Below are positions 37,988 to 46,715 of a stretch of 64,000 bases of DNA, piece after piece. A model generated the notes under the pieces. That model saw only the letters and a program-made list of their open reading frames with translations, did not search any database and was not told the DNA's origin. The stretch comes from Chlamydiia bacterium. GTDB taxonomy: Bacteria > Chlamydiota > Chlamydiia > Chlamydiales > JAAKFR01. Positions within the stretch are counted from its first letter, which is position 1, and each line of letters opens with the position of its first letter. The stretch lies in the NCBI GenBank assembly GCA_963827485.1, contig CAWHBB010000004.1:98627-162626 (forward strand). Reading direction: 5' to 3'. A program made the translations under genes and the position numbers.

Positions 37988-39556
37988 GGCCCACTTGAAA
38001 TCGACATCGCCAAGGTCTGAGAAAAAGAGCCCCTTCAGATTATCTCGGATCAGAAAGCGGTAGTTGGCCATAAAGAGGGGAATCACCGGCATATCGTCGA
38101 GCAAGATATCCTCCGCAGAGCGGAGATATTCGAGCCTCTCGTCGCTCTCTTGGGCGCTGTCGGCAAGCTCTAGAAGCTTTTGATACTCTCCATTTTGCCA
38201 AGCAGCTGCATTGTAGCGCGAGCCCGGATCTCTGAAAAATTCGAGGGTGTAGGCGGCATCGTTGAAGAGCGAAAACCAGATGCAGCCGCCGATCTGGTAC
38301 TGCCTAGAAACCAGGTTGCTGAAGAAGATGTTCCACTCGCAACCGGAGAGATCCACTTTGATGCCCAAGCTCTTTTCCCACTGCGCTGCAATCGATTCAG
38401 CAAGCTTTTTCTGCCCCGAGATGTCGCTGTGGCTCAAGGCAAGAGGAGGCAGCTCCTCTTTAGAGAGTCCAAGCTCCTCAAGGCCAAGCGCAAGCAGCCG
38501 TTTCGCCTCCTCGAGATTGCCGTTGGGGTAGGGCAGCACCTCTTTGGAAAGCAGCTTGGGCGCAACTAGATTTTCTGTCGGAATTTCACCGAGGAGAATC
38601 TCCTTGGCAATCTCCTCGCGATCGAGAGCATAGGAGAGCGCTTTGCGGATCTTGGCGTTGTTGAGAGGCAGCGATTGGGTGTTGAGGCTCAGCCAGTAAA
38701 TGCCGTTGATCGGCTTGCTCGAAAGCTTGCCCTCTCGCTCGAGCTTCGCAAGGGCATCGATCGGCAGCACGGTGAAAATCCCTCCGATCCAATCAAATTC
38801 TCCCTTCTCGTACATCATGAGCGCCGTGCTTGTGTCGCGTATGACAGAAAAGACGATGCGCTCGAGCTGGATGCTATCGCGATCCCAGTACCAGGGATTG
38901 CGCTCGAGGACGATCTGACGGTCCTGCTCCCAGCTCTTCAGCGCGAAAGGGCCGCTGAAAACCTCAGGCTTGTCCTTCTCATCGTAGATAGCCGCAAAGA
39001 CAGGGTTTGCAATCAGGTCGAGAAAATAGGGAGTTGGATGCTCTAAATCAACTAATAAGTGCTTATCATCCAGTGCTTTAATTCCAACTTGATCCAGGGG
39101 GACAACTCCCATTTTGGCCAGTTTTGCATTTTTGATTGCGTAGAAGAGATCGGCCCTGAGACAGCTTGCCCCTTGAGCGATCGCGCGCTTCCACGACTGT
39201 TCGAAATGTTTCGCCGTGATCTTGGATCCGTTGGAGAAGTAGCTATCGCGCAAGGTGAAGGTGTAGCTCGTTTTATTCGGTGAAATCGAGAGGCTTGCTG
39301 CGAGGGCAAGCTCAGGTTTGCCGCTCGGTGCAATGCGCGTCAGTCCCTCGAAGATCGCCTTCTCGAGCGAACGGCAATTGAGATCGATTCCATGGAAGGG
39401 ATTTAAAGAGGGTGGGTTGGCGGTAAGGTTTAATTTTAGCTCTTGCGATTTCATCCGTTTACTCTCCTTTTGGGTTGAGCTGCAACCGGCAAGCCCGAAC
39501 AAAACAAGACAAAGGCTTAAGTAGTAAATCTTTATAGTATTATTAGTTCTCGACAC
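37946..39556 (-). CDS. oppA: Oligopeptide ABC transporter substrate-binding lipoprotein
   Basis: Lipobox LAGC, PPSLNP, IFEGL, SGPF, IRKALSYALDR, MPVIPL. Confidence 0.9.
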   Translation of the reverse strand: MSRTNNTIKIYYLSLCLVLFGLAGCSSTQKESKRMKSQELKLNLTANPPSLNPFHGIDLNCRSLEKAIFEGLTRIAPSGKPELALAASLSISPNKTSYTFTLRDSYFSNGSKITAKHFEQSWKRAIAQGASCLRADLFYAIKNAKLAKMGVVPLDQVGIKALDDKHLLVDLEHPTPYFLDLIANPVFAAIYDEKDKPEVFSGPFALKSWEQDRQIVLERNPWYWDRDSIQLERIVFSVIRDTSTALMMYEKGEFDWIGGIFTVLPIDALAKLEREGKLSSKPINGIYWLSLNTQSLPLNNAKIRKALSYALDREEIAKEILLGEIPTENLVAPKLLSKEVLPYPNGNLEEAKRLLALGLEELGLSKEELPPLALSHSDISGQKKLAESIAAQWEKSLGIKVDLSGCEWNIFFSNLVSRQYQIGGCIWFSLFNDAAYTLEFFRDPGSRYNAAAWQNGEYQKLLELADSAQESDERLEYLRSAEDILLDDMPVIPLFMANYRFLIRDNLKGLFFSDLGDVDFKWAYLETKTPKHFSAV

Positions 39557-39655
39557 GCTTTTTTACCTCTAAAAAGACTTTCGAATGGCTACTTTATACA
39601 CCAATTTGCGAAAAAAGAGATTATCTTTTTTTGGATGAGCGCGAGTTGCTAAGAA

Positions 39656-42600
39656 TCAGGAGCTTAAGAAAGCTTCGCGAAAATCGATCAGGCAGTTTTC
39701 GGAGAGGATCACATTTTGGAGGCGAGGATTTTTGGTGTAGCGCAGGTTCTGGAAGAAAAGGGGAATCACAGGCATCTGCTCGACAGCGAAGTGGTCGACC
39801 ATTTCGATGCGCTTTTGACGCAAGGTAGGATCGAGGGTGTGCTTGGCCTGCTCGAGCAGGTGAACGAGCCCCTGCTTGTCCCAGTTGGAGATGTAGGGTT
39901 TGTCTAGAGAGAGAATCTCGAGGTAGTAGCTCGGATCGTCGTAGCGCGAAAACCAGGTGAGTCCTCCAACCATATAGTCCTGTCTCTGAAGCGCTTCGAA
40001 GAAGTTGTGCCAGGAGTGTCTCTCGAGGATAGATTTCACTCCTAGGACCTCCTCCCAGCACTTGGTGATATCGCGCGCAATGGCGATATGCTCTTCGATT
40101 TCGCTATGGGCAAAGAGAATGGGGGGAAGGTCGGCGGGAACCATGCCCAGTTCGGCAAGGCCCTCTACGAAGAGCTTGCGAGCGAGCTCCCGATCCCCGT
40201 CGTGGAAGATGGGGGAGCTGCTCTTTCGATAAAAGCCAAGGGCGGGTGTATCGGTGCTGTGCAGTATTTTGTCTATCAGATCCTTGCGAGAGATCGCTGT
40301 AGCGAAAGCGCGCCTGAGTTTGGGGTTTTTGAAAGGGATGGCGCGGGTGTTGAGCTGCAGCCAGAAAAGGCCTGAGATCGGGGAGACATGCACCGCATCT
40401 TTGGCTTGGAGGTCGGCGAGCGCTTTAAAGGGTATCTTGGAGACAGGATCGCCATGCCAATCCAGTTTGCCCTTGAGGAAAAGCGAGTGGGCGGCCTCTT
40501 CATCTTCGATGATATGGATCGAGATTTTGTCGAACTTGGTCGATTTGGCCTGCCAGTAGTGGGGGTTCTTCACTAGTTCGAGATCATCATTGAGTCTCCA
40601 CTCGCTGAGCTTGAAGGGGCCATTGCAGACATAGGTCTCCGAGCTGTGGTAGGCCCAGCCGGGGTGTTTCTGGTCGATTTCGCGACAGAGGGGAACGAAG
40701 GTCCAGTGGGCCAAGAGATCGAGGAACTGCGGAAAGGGGTGCTCGAGCTCGACGAGCAGCTCTCTATCGCTTTGGACGGTGATTCCGACCTGATCTATCG
40801 GCATGTGACCGCTTTTGACCAGCTTGGCATTCTTGATCGAGTGAAAGAGGAAGGAGTAGGAGAAGGTGAAGTGAGGCTCGAGGATTTTCTTCCATGCATA
40901 TTCAAAGTCGTAGGCGGTCAGAGGAGAGCCGTTGGACCAGTAGCTGCTGCGCAGGTGGAAGAGATATTTTTTCCCATCTTCGGAGATATCGACTCTCTCA
41001 GCGATCGCAAGCTCGGGCCCGCCGCCGCGCGAGACGCGCACGAGGCCTTCATAGAGCATTTTGATCACTACCCCTGAGGTTCTGTCGGCACCGATGCGGG
41101 GATCGAGCGATTGGGGAGCTCGCGGTAGGTGCAGATGGAGCACCTGGAGCTCGTTTTGGCCCTTAGACCAGAGCGAGAGCGCCTTTTTGATGACGGAGGA
41201 GAAGGCCTCTTTCTCCTCTTCGGTTGGATTGAGATAGAGATAGCAGAGATATTCGTTGCCCTCGATCTCGAGGGCTGCGCTCGCCAGTTTCAGAGGGGCG
41301 ATGGGCACCTCGGAGAGCGCTCTCAAGGCTCTTTCCTTGATTTCGGGCGTCTGTGCTTTGATCGCAAGCGCGAAGAAGCCCGAATTCTCTTTTTCGCTCA
41401 GCAGGTAGCCTGCGCCTTTGGGGATCTCCTGGTTGATCAGCTCGAGAAAGAGAACGAAAAAGGGTTTGGCAAGCTCGGGAGCGATGAAGGTCTGCATGAT
41501 GGGTGGGGCGAGCGAGTAGAAGAGGTTCTCTAGGATCAGCTCATGGCGCTTGCCGAGCTCTCCCAAAGCGCTTCTGATTGCCTCGAGCTGCTCTTTTTGT
41601 TTCAAGAGAAAGCCGCCGTTATAGTCTCTGAAGGGACCGACCAGCTTCTCGACGCTCTTGACGATGTATTGCCGTGCGCTCAAGAGGTCGACCGAATGGT
41701 TTTTCCTGAGGAAGAGTCCGTTTTCGATCTCGATCGAAAAGACGGTCGCCTCCTTGGTGTACTTCTTGCGCACTTGGCCGACCTGCGCCACCTTTTCGAC
41801 GATCAGGCGATCGTGGAGGGAGAGAAGCGATGATTGCTGGATCGGCTTCGATTTTTTGGTCAAGATCCTGAGCAGGATGATATTGAATTTGAGCACATCG
41901 CTTCTCTGCTCTTGGAAGGAGATGATGGCCTGGGGAAGGTCGCTCACATATTTGAGCTCGGCGCTCAGGAGGATGATGTTGCGAAGGAGCTCCTCCTCGT
42001 TGCGCGGTAGGAAGAGCGCTGGAGTCAGATACTCGATGCTGTTTTTGAGCTCTTCTTTGAGATTGGCTTTGAGCTCGGCGATCTCCTCTCGAGTAAAGTC
42101 TTCTCCTTTAGCCTTTTCGATTTCCAGATAGGAGACCATGAGCTTGGTGTCTTGGCTGCGGTTGGAGTAGAAGGAGTCGGGGATGACTCTGACGCCGGGC
42201 AGAACGCGGTTGATGGCTTTTAGGATATGCCTGGGCTCGAAGCATTCGTACTCTTGGAGGGAATTGATGGCGATAGCGATGCCGAGGGCGCGCTTGAGGC
42301 CGAAGGTGTAGCGCAGCTCGGTATTGAAGAGCTTGAAATAGAGGTGGCGCCTGCCGGGATAGACCTTGGTCTCCTGCTCGAGGGTTTTGGTGAAAAAGTA
42401 GTGGGTCGAGACGATGCGGGCGAGGTGTCTCATCGATCGGATCTTGCAGAATTCCTCTCGGCAATCGAGAAGGAAGTGGGAAAGGTCGCGGAAGATGCTT
42501 TCATCGAAAATGGTGGGGTAGCGGCGCGTGAGTCGAAGCAGGGTCTGGGTGATGTAGGGATCGGGATCGAGGTTTAGGAGGGGCGTCCACGGCTTGACTA

Positions 42601-43081
42601 GGCTCTTGCTTTCGATGCCGAGTTTCAGCTCGTGGGCCACCAGGGGCAGATTTTTTTCGATGTAGGGGAAGGAGCCTGACTTCTGCAGCTGGATGAGGAT
42701 CTCTTCGAAATAGAACATGCTCTCCTCGCCCTCGCCTGAGGAGAAGGAGAAGTTACGGCTCGAGAGAACCCGCTGTTTTTCTCCTGGCAGAAGGAGGGTG
42801 GAGATCTTCTCTTTCAGAGAGGAGGAGAGCTCTTCGGCTTTGCGATCTTTGGCAAGCAGGTAGAGGAGAAGGGCGCCGGAGCGTGGGGCCAGTTTCCATT
42901 TGAAGAGGGGCAGCTTGAGGGAGAGCGGCTCTTCGAGTTCGGGACCGAAAATCTTCTCCAGGCTTTCCTGCAAAGAGAGCCTGTGCTTGTCGATGACGAG
43001 CTCCTCGCTCACTTCCGAGAGGGGGATGATTTTCTCGGGCTTCTGGTTCGATGTTTTATAAAGAGAGAGGCTCTCTTCCAT
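39656..43081 (-). CDS. 1141-aa fusion of an unknown ~640-aa N-terminal region and an OppA-type (family 5) substrate-binding domain
   Basis: C-terminal half has PQSLDPR, LYEGL, NGPF and MPVIPLF. Likely start MEESLS (43081); no signal peptide or lipobox. Confidence 0.85.
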   Translation of the reverse strand: MEESLSLYKTSNQKPEKIIPLSEVSEELVIDKHRLSLQESLEKIFGPELEEPLSLKLPLFKWKLAPRSGALLLYLLAKDRKAEELSSSLKEKISTLLLPGEKQRVLSSRNFSFSSGEGEESMFYFEEILIQLQKSGSFPYIEKNLPLVAHELKLGIESKSLVKPWTPLLNLDPDPYITQTLLRLTRRYPTIFDESIFRDLSHFLLDCREEFCKIRSMRHLARIVSTHYFFTKTLEQETKVYPGRRHLYFKLFNTELRYTFGLKRALGIAIAINSLQEYECFEPRHILKAINRVLPGVRVIPDSFYSNRSQDTKLMVSYLEIEKAKGEDFTREEIAELKANLKEELKNSIEYLTPALFLPRNEEELLRNIILLSAELKYVSDLPQAIISFQEQRSDVLKFNIILLRILTKKSKPIQQSSLLSLHDRLIVEKVAQVGQVRKKYTKEATVFSIEIENGLFLRKNHSVDLLSARQYIVKSVEKLVGPFRDYNGGFLLKQKEQLEAIRSALGELGKRHELILENLFYSLAPPIMQTFIAPELAKPFFVLFLELINQEIPKGAGYLLSEKENSGFFALAIKAQTPEIKERALRALSEVPIAPLKLASAALEIEGNEYLCYLYLNPTEEEKEAFSSVIKKALSLWSKGQNELQVLHLHLPRAPQSLDPRIGADRTSGVVIKMLYEGLVRVSRGGGPELAIAERVDISEDGKKYLFHLRSSYWSNGSPLTAYDFEYAWKKILEPHFTFSYSFLFHSIKNAKLVKSGHMPIDQVGITVQSDRELLVELEHPFPQFLDLLAHWTFVPLCREIDQKHPGWAYHSSETYVCNGPFKLSEWRLNDDLELVKNPHYWQAKSTKFDKISIHIIEDEEAAHSLFLKGKLDWHGDPVSKIPFKALADLQAKDAVHVSPISGLFWLQLNTRAIPFKNPKLRRAFATAISRKDLIDKILHSTDTPALGFYRKSSSPIFHDGDRELARKLFVEGLAELGMVPADLPPILFAHSEIEEHIAIARDITKCWEEVLGVKSILERHSWHNFFEALQRQDYMVGGLTWFSRYDDPSYYLEILSLDKPYISNWDKQGLVHLLEQAKHTLDPTLRQKRIEMVDHFAVEQMPVIPLFFQNLRYTKNPRLQNVILSENCLIDFREAFLSS

Positions 43082-43176
43082 GGTCCACCGCTTTAGTAGC
43101 TTGAGAGTGAGTATAGCTTTTACCAAATTTAAAGCAATTTTTAAAGGGGTGGAACAACAAGGAACAACACCACAAA

Positions 43177-43370
43177 GGAACAACACCACAGAGACTCGAG
43201 AGAAAAGGGAGGTTGCACAGAGGAGATTTTTTTGCCGCGAAGCGCGGCAATATTGGGTTCAAGCAGCGATTGCTTTCTTTTTGCGCTCGCAAAAAGAAGA
43301 TTTTTTCCTCTGTGCTGCCTCTGTTCTCTCTCGAGTCTCTGTGGTGAATTCTCTGTCTCTGTGGTGAATT
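43177..43370. repeat. Palindromic repeat family B, copy 2, with stuttered ends
   Basis: CACCACAGAGACTCGAGAGA...TCTCTCGAGTCTCTGTGGTG inverted arms with internal hairpins; end motifs locally repeated. Confidence 0.85.
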
Positions 43371-43371
43371 T

Positions 43372-44265
43372 TTACACAAGCTGCGCTTGCTTTAGCCCCT
43401 CACGCACGCTCTCAGGTACGATTTTGTGGAAGGCGCGAGGAAGCGGACAGAATAGAACCACCCGCTTCTGGGTGAAGGGATGGATGAACTGCAGTCGAAA
43501 GGCGTGTAGGCCTAGCCTCTGGATCGGATTGGTCAGCGAGCCGTATCTGAGATCCCCCACAATCGGATGGCCCGCAGCATGGGTGTGGACCCGAATCTGG
43601 TGCTTGCGGCCCGTTTCGAGCCCAATCTGAAGGTAGGTGAAGATCTTCGATCGGTGCAAGACCTTGTAGCGGGTCACCGCATGTTTTGCCCCAGGGATCT
43701 CTTTGCCCACCTCTCCTTCTAAAGAGACTACATCGTAGTTCCTCTTTTCCAGAAGGTAGGACTCGAAGCTGCCCTCATCTCGGCTCATCGCCCCCTCGAC
43801 AAGGGCAAAATAATCTCTTTTGATCGTCCGCTTCTCAAAGAGCGCCTCAAAGTGCTTCTCAGCCACCTTGCCCCTCGCAAAAAGAAGCAGGCCTGAGGCC
43901 TCTCTATCCAGCCTGTGCACCGCAAAAAGAGGACCAAAATGGGCCTCCAGAATCGCCTGCGCATGGATCTCATCGGGATCTTCGCTCGCTACCGACAGAA
44001 GCCCCTCCGGCTTCTCTATCGCGATAAACCAGCGATCCTCATAGAGGATGCGCACATTGCCAAAAAGCCTCTTCTTCGGCCTATCGAGAAGCGCCACGAC
44101 CTGGCCTGAGGCGAGCTGACTCCTCTTATCCTGGACGCACTTGCCGTCGACCGCCACCCGCCCAAGCTCGATCCACTTGGAAAGCGAGCTCTTAGAACTA
44201 TCGGGAAAAAAAGCTTGCATCGCTTCAAAAAGGCTCTGAGGCGACTGAACTGTGTAGCGATCCAT
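43372..44265 (-). CDS. RluA/RluD family pseudouridine synthase with an S4-like N-terminus
   Basis: KPEGL, VHRLDREASG, TGRKHQIR, PIVGDLRYG, LHA. Confidence 0.92.
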   Translation of the reverse strand: MDRYTVQSPQSLFEAMQAFFPDSSKSSLSKWIELGRVAVDGKCVQDKRSQLASGQVVALLDRPKKRLFGNVRILYEDRWFIAIEKPEGLLSVASEDPDEIHAQAILEAHFGPLFAVHRLDREASGLLLFARGKVAEKHFEALFEKRTIKRDYFALVEGAMSRDEGSFESYLLEKRNYDVVSLEGEVGKEIPGAKHAVTRYKVLHRSKIFTYLQIGLETGRKHQIRVHTHAAGHPIVGDLRYGSLTNPIQRLGLHAFRLQFIHPFTQKRVVLFCPLPRAFHKIVPESVREGLKQAQLV

Positions 44266-44289
44266 GGAAAATAACTGTAATATCGGGAT

Positions 44290-44823
44290 ATGGGTTTTAT
44301 TCTATCCCTTATCCTGCTCGGGATAATCAGTATATCCCTGGTCGGCTTTTCTCTCTATTTGGGAATTTCTCCCATGCCCTCGAGCAGAGCCGCTCTCAAG
44401 GCACTTGCCCACCATCTCCCACCGCTCTCAGATAAAGTAAAAATTTTAGAGCTAGGTTCGGGCTGGGGCGGGCCCGCCCTACTGCTTGCTAGAGCCTACC
44501 CCAAAGCAGAGGTGATCGCCTACGAGCTCTCACCCCTACCCTATCTCTTTCTCTGCTTGAGGAAATGGCTCCATCGGCAGAGCAATCTCACCCTCCAGTG
44601 CAAGGACTTCTTCAAAGCAGATCTGAAGGATGCCGATCTGATCTACGCCTACCTCTTTCCAGGGGCGATGGAGAGGTTGGAGCACGAGCTAGGCGAAGGC
44701 GAGCTCATCTCCCTCGCTTTTGCTTTGCCCCAAACCGCTCCCAGAAGGGTGGTCTACCTCGGCGACCTTCTGCAAACCCCGCTCTACTTTTACTCTTTAA
44801 GGCGAAGCAAAGAAGGCATCTAG
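44290..44823 (+). CDS. Membrane-anchored class I SAM methyltransferase
   Basis: N-terminal TM helix, GISPMPSS, LELGSGWG, YAYLFPGAM. Confidence 0.85.
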   Translation: MGFILSLILLGIISISLVGFSLYLGISPMPSSRAALKALAHHLPPLSDKVKILELGSGWGGPALLLARAYPKAEVIAYELSPLPYLFLCLRKWLHRQSNLTLQCKDFFKADLKDADLIYAYLFPGAMERLEHELGEGELISLAFALPQTAPRRVVYLGDLLQTPLYFYSLRRSKEGI

Positions 44824-45537
44824 CCTAGCTGTGAGAATTCTTCGGAGCTCATCCAGCGGCAGAGTGCCATCGATGGGAAAAAGCCTTCCCTGCTGCTGAT
44901 AGTATTCGATGAGCGGCTCTGTCTCGCGATGGTAGGTGGCCAGTCTCTCTTGAATCACCGCCTCGGTATCGTCCTTGCGGTGGATCAGCTTGCCCCCACA
45001 CCTGTCGCAGATGTCTGGGACCTTGGGCGGCATCGATTTGAGGTGGTAGGGAGTGCCGCACGCCTCACACGACCTACGGTAGACCAGCCTATCCAAGATG
45101 AGCGAATCGGGCACCTCTAGGCTCACCACGAGCAGTTCGCCCTTGCCCTGCATGGCGCTGTCGAACGCCTCGGCTTGAGGAATCGTGCGCGGGAAGCCGT
45201 CTAGAATAAAGCCCTTGGCGCAATCCTCTCTCGAAATTCGGTCGAAGAGCATCTCGAGCACGATCTCATCGGGCACAAGCTCGCCCTTCGACATATAGGC
45301 TTTCGCCTTCTGGCCAATCGGTGTATTGTTCTTCAGATTCTCTCGGAAAAGATCGCCCGTCGAGATGTGGACGAGCCCATATTTCTCTCTCAGAAAGACC
45401 GCTTGCGTTCCCTTGCCAGCCCCTGGCGCCCCGAGCAGGATAATGACTTTCTGCTTTGTCGGGATAGGCTCAGAGCCGCTGAAAAGAGGAAAAGCCGTCA
45501 TAAACATCAACCCTAGTAAACTTAAAAAACGTCCCAT
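44797..45537 (-). CDS. adk: Adenylate kinase (Zn-lid type) with a signal-like N-terminal extension
   Basis: GAPGAGKGT, HISTGD, LDGFPRT, CEAC..CDRC lid. Confidence 0.94.
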   Translation of the reverse strand: MGRFLSLLGLMFMTAFPLFSGSEPIPTKQKVIILLGAPGAGKGTQAVFLREKYGLVHISTGDLFRENLKNNTPIGQKAKAYMSKGELVPDEIVLEMLFDRISREDCAKGFILDGFPRTIPQAEAFDSAMQGKGELLVVSLEVPDSLILDRLVYRRSCEACGTPYHLKSMPPKVPDICDRCGGKLIHRKDDTEAVIQERLATYHRETEPLIEYYQQQGRLFPIDGTLPLDELRRILTARLDAFFASP

Positions 45538-45606
45538 TGTCCACCTTATTTAAATGAGAGAGAGAGTGTATCAGAGAGAGCTGCTTTGCGCAATATAGTA
45601 AAATAT

Positions 45607-46020
45607 TTACTTGTCACATTCTCTTTTCACACCCCACAGCAGCAGCGCGATGGCGAGGAAGCCGACGAGCGAGAGCATAGGGATGGTGATGAATCCAAGG
45701 CCTATATCGACTTTCGATGCGCATGAAGGGCCGGCGCCGCACATCTCGATGACATTCCAGCCAGGCACCTCTTGAATCAATACCTGATAGAGGGCGATGA
45801 AAAAACCGATGATCGTGAGCGTGAGGGCGTAGGGAACGATGAGCGCCTCTCCTCGGTAGGCGGCGATGCCGAGAATGATCGCTTGGGGGAAGAGGAAGGT
45901 GCGCTGATACCAGCAGAGGTTGCACGGCTGTATACGAACGATATCGCTGAAATAAAGGCAGATGAGCGATCCAACGATCGCGATTAGCCAAGCGATGTAG
46001 AGACCAAAGCGCCTACTCAT
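45607..46020 (-). CDS. dsbB: Disulfide bond formation protein B
   Basis: PCNLCWYQR, four TM segments, second Cys pair; ATGA-coupled to dsbA. Confidence 0.9.
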   Translation of the reverse strand: MSRRFGLYIAWLIAIVGSLICLYFSDIVRIQPCNLCWYQRTFLFPQAIILGIAAYRGEALIVPYALTLTIIGFFIALYQVLIQEVPGWNVIEMCGAGPSCASKVDIGLGFITIPMLSLVGFLAIALLLWGVKRECDK

Positions 46021-46715
46021 GGTTTCTTCTCGCACTCTTTGAGTTTCTTATCGAGCAGCTTGGAGAGCTCGTCCAAGCTGAGCTCGCCCAAGAACTCGCC
46101 GTTGATGAAGAGCGCTGGGGTGGCCAGCTTGCCCTCCATGAGCTTCTGGCCATAGTTGGTGTTGCTTTCGATCAGGTCGCTGTAGCTATTATGCTCGATG
46201 CATTGGATAAACTCCTTATCATTGATCGAAACGCCCGCTTTGTGGGCAAATTTGGCCAGGAGGGGAGGCTTCGCCCAGTCCACATCCTCTTCTGGCTGGT
46301 TCTGGTAGAGGAAATCTAGGTAGCGGTAAAAGGCGTCGGAATTTCCCTGTCCTGAGATCTTCTGGGGGTTGTAGATGCAGAGAAGGGCATTTGCAGCGGG
46401 CATCGAGTTAGGAAGGAAGGAGACGATAAAGGTATGGTAGCTCACTCTCCCTGTATCGATGTATTTTTCCTTGATCTTGGGGAATATTTCGTTGCTAAAA
46501 GTCTTGCAGGCGCTGCACTTGGGCTCTTCAAAGATCACGAGCTCGACGCAGGCCGTGTCAGCGCCGAGGACAGGCTGATCGAAGGTTTCGATAGAGACTA
46601 CAGGCTTCGGTTTTGAGCGGTGGACCCAGAGCTCAGCCAGGACGAGGAGCGCAAGCAGACCGAGCGTGATGATGACGAGCAGCTTTTGGGGTTTGGGCCG
46701 ACCTGAGGAGCTCAT
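46017..46715 (-). CDS. dsbA: Membrane-anchored DsbA-type thiol oxidase
   Basis: EEPKCSAC active site, ATPALFING cis-Pro loop. Confidence 0.85.
   Translation of the reverse strand: MSSSGRPKPQKLLVIITLGLLALLVLAELWVHRSKPKPVVSIETFDQPVLGADTACVELVIFEEPKCSACKTFSNEIFPKIKEKYIDTGRVSYHTFIVSFLPNSMPAANALLCIYNPQKISGQGNSDAFYRYLDFLYQNQPEEDVDWAKPPLLAKFAHKAGVSINDKEFIQCIEHNSYSDLIESNTNYGQKLMEGKLATPALFINGEFLGELSLDELSKLLDKKLKECEKKP

Noticed and set aside
43082-43189. Hydrophobic Cys-containing extension (MVLFLCGVVPCC) as a signal peptide for the large OppA fusion
   Set aside because: It is read from the stuttered end of repeat family B and AT-rich promoter DNA, has no basic n-region, and ATG 43081 is the more plausible start.
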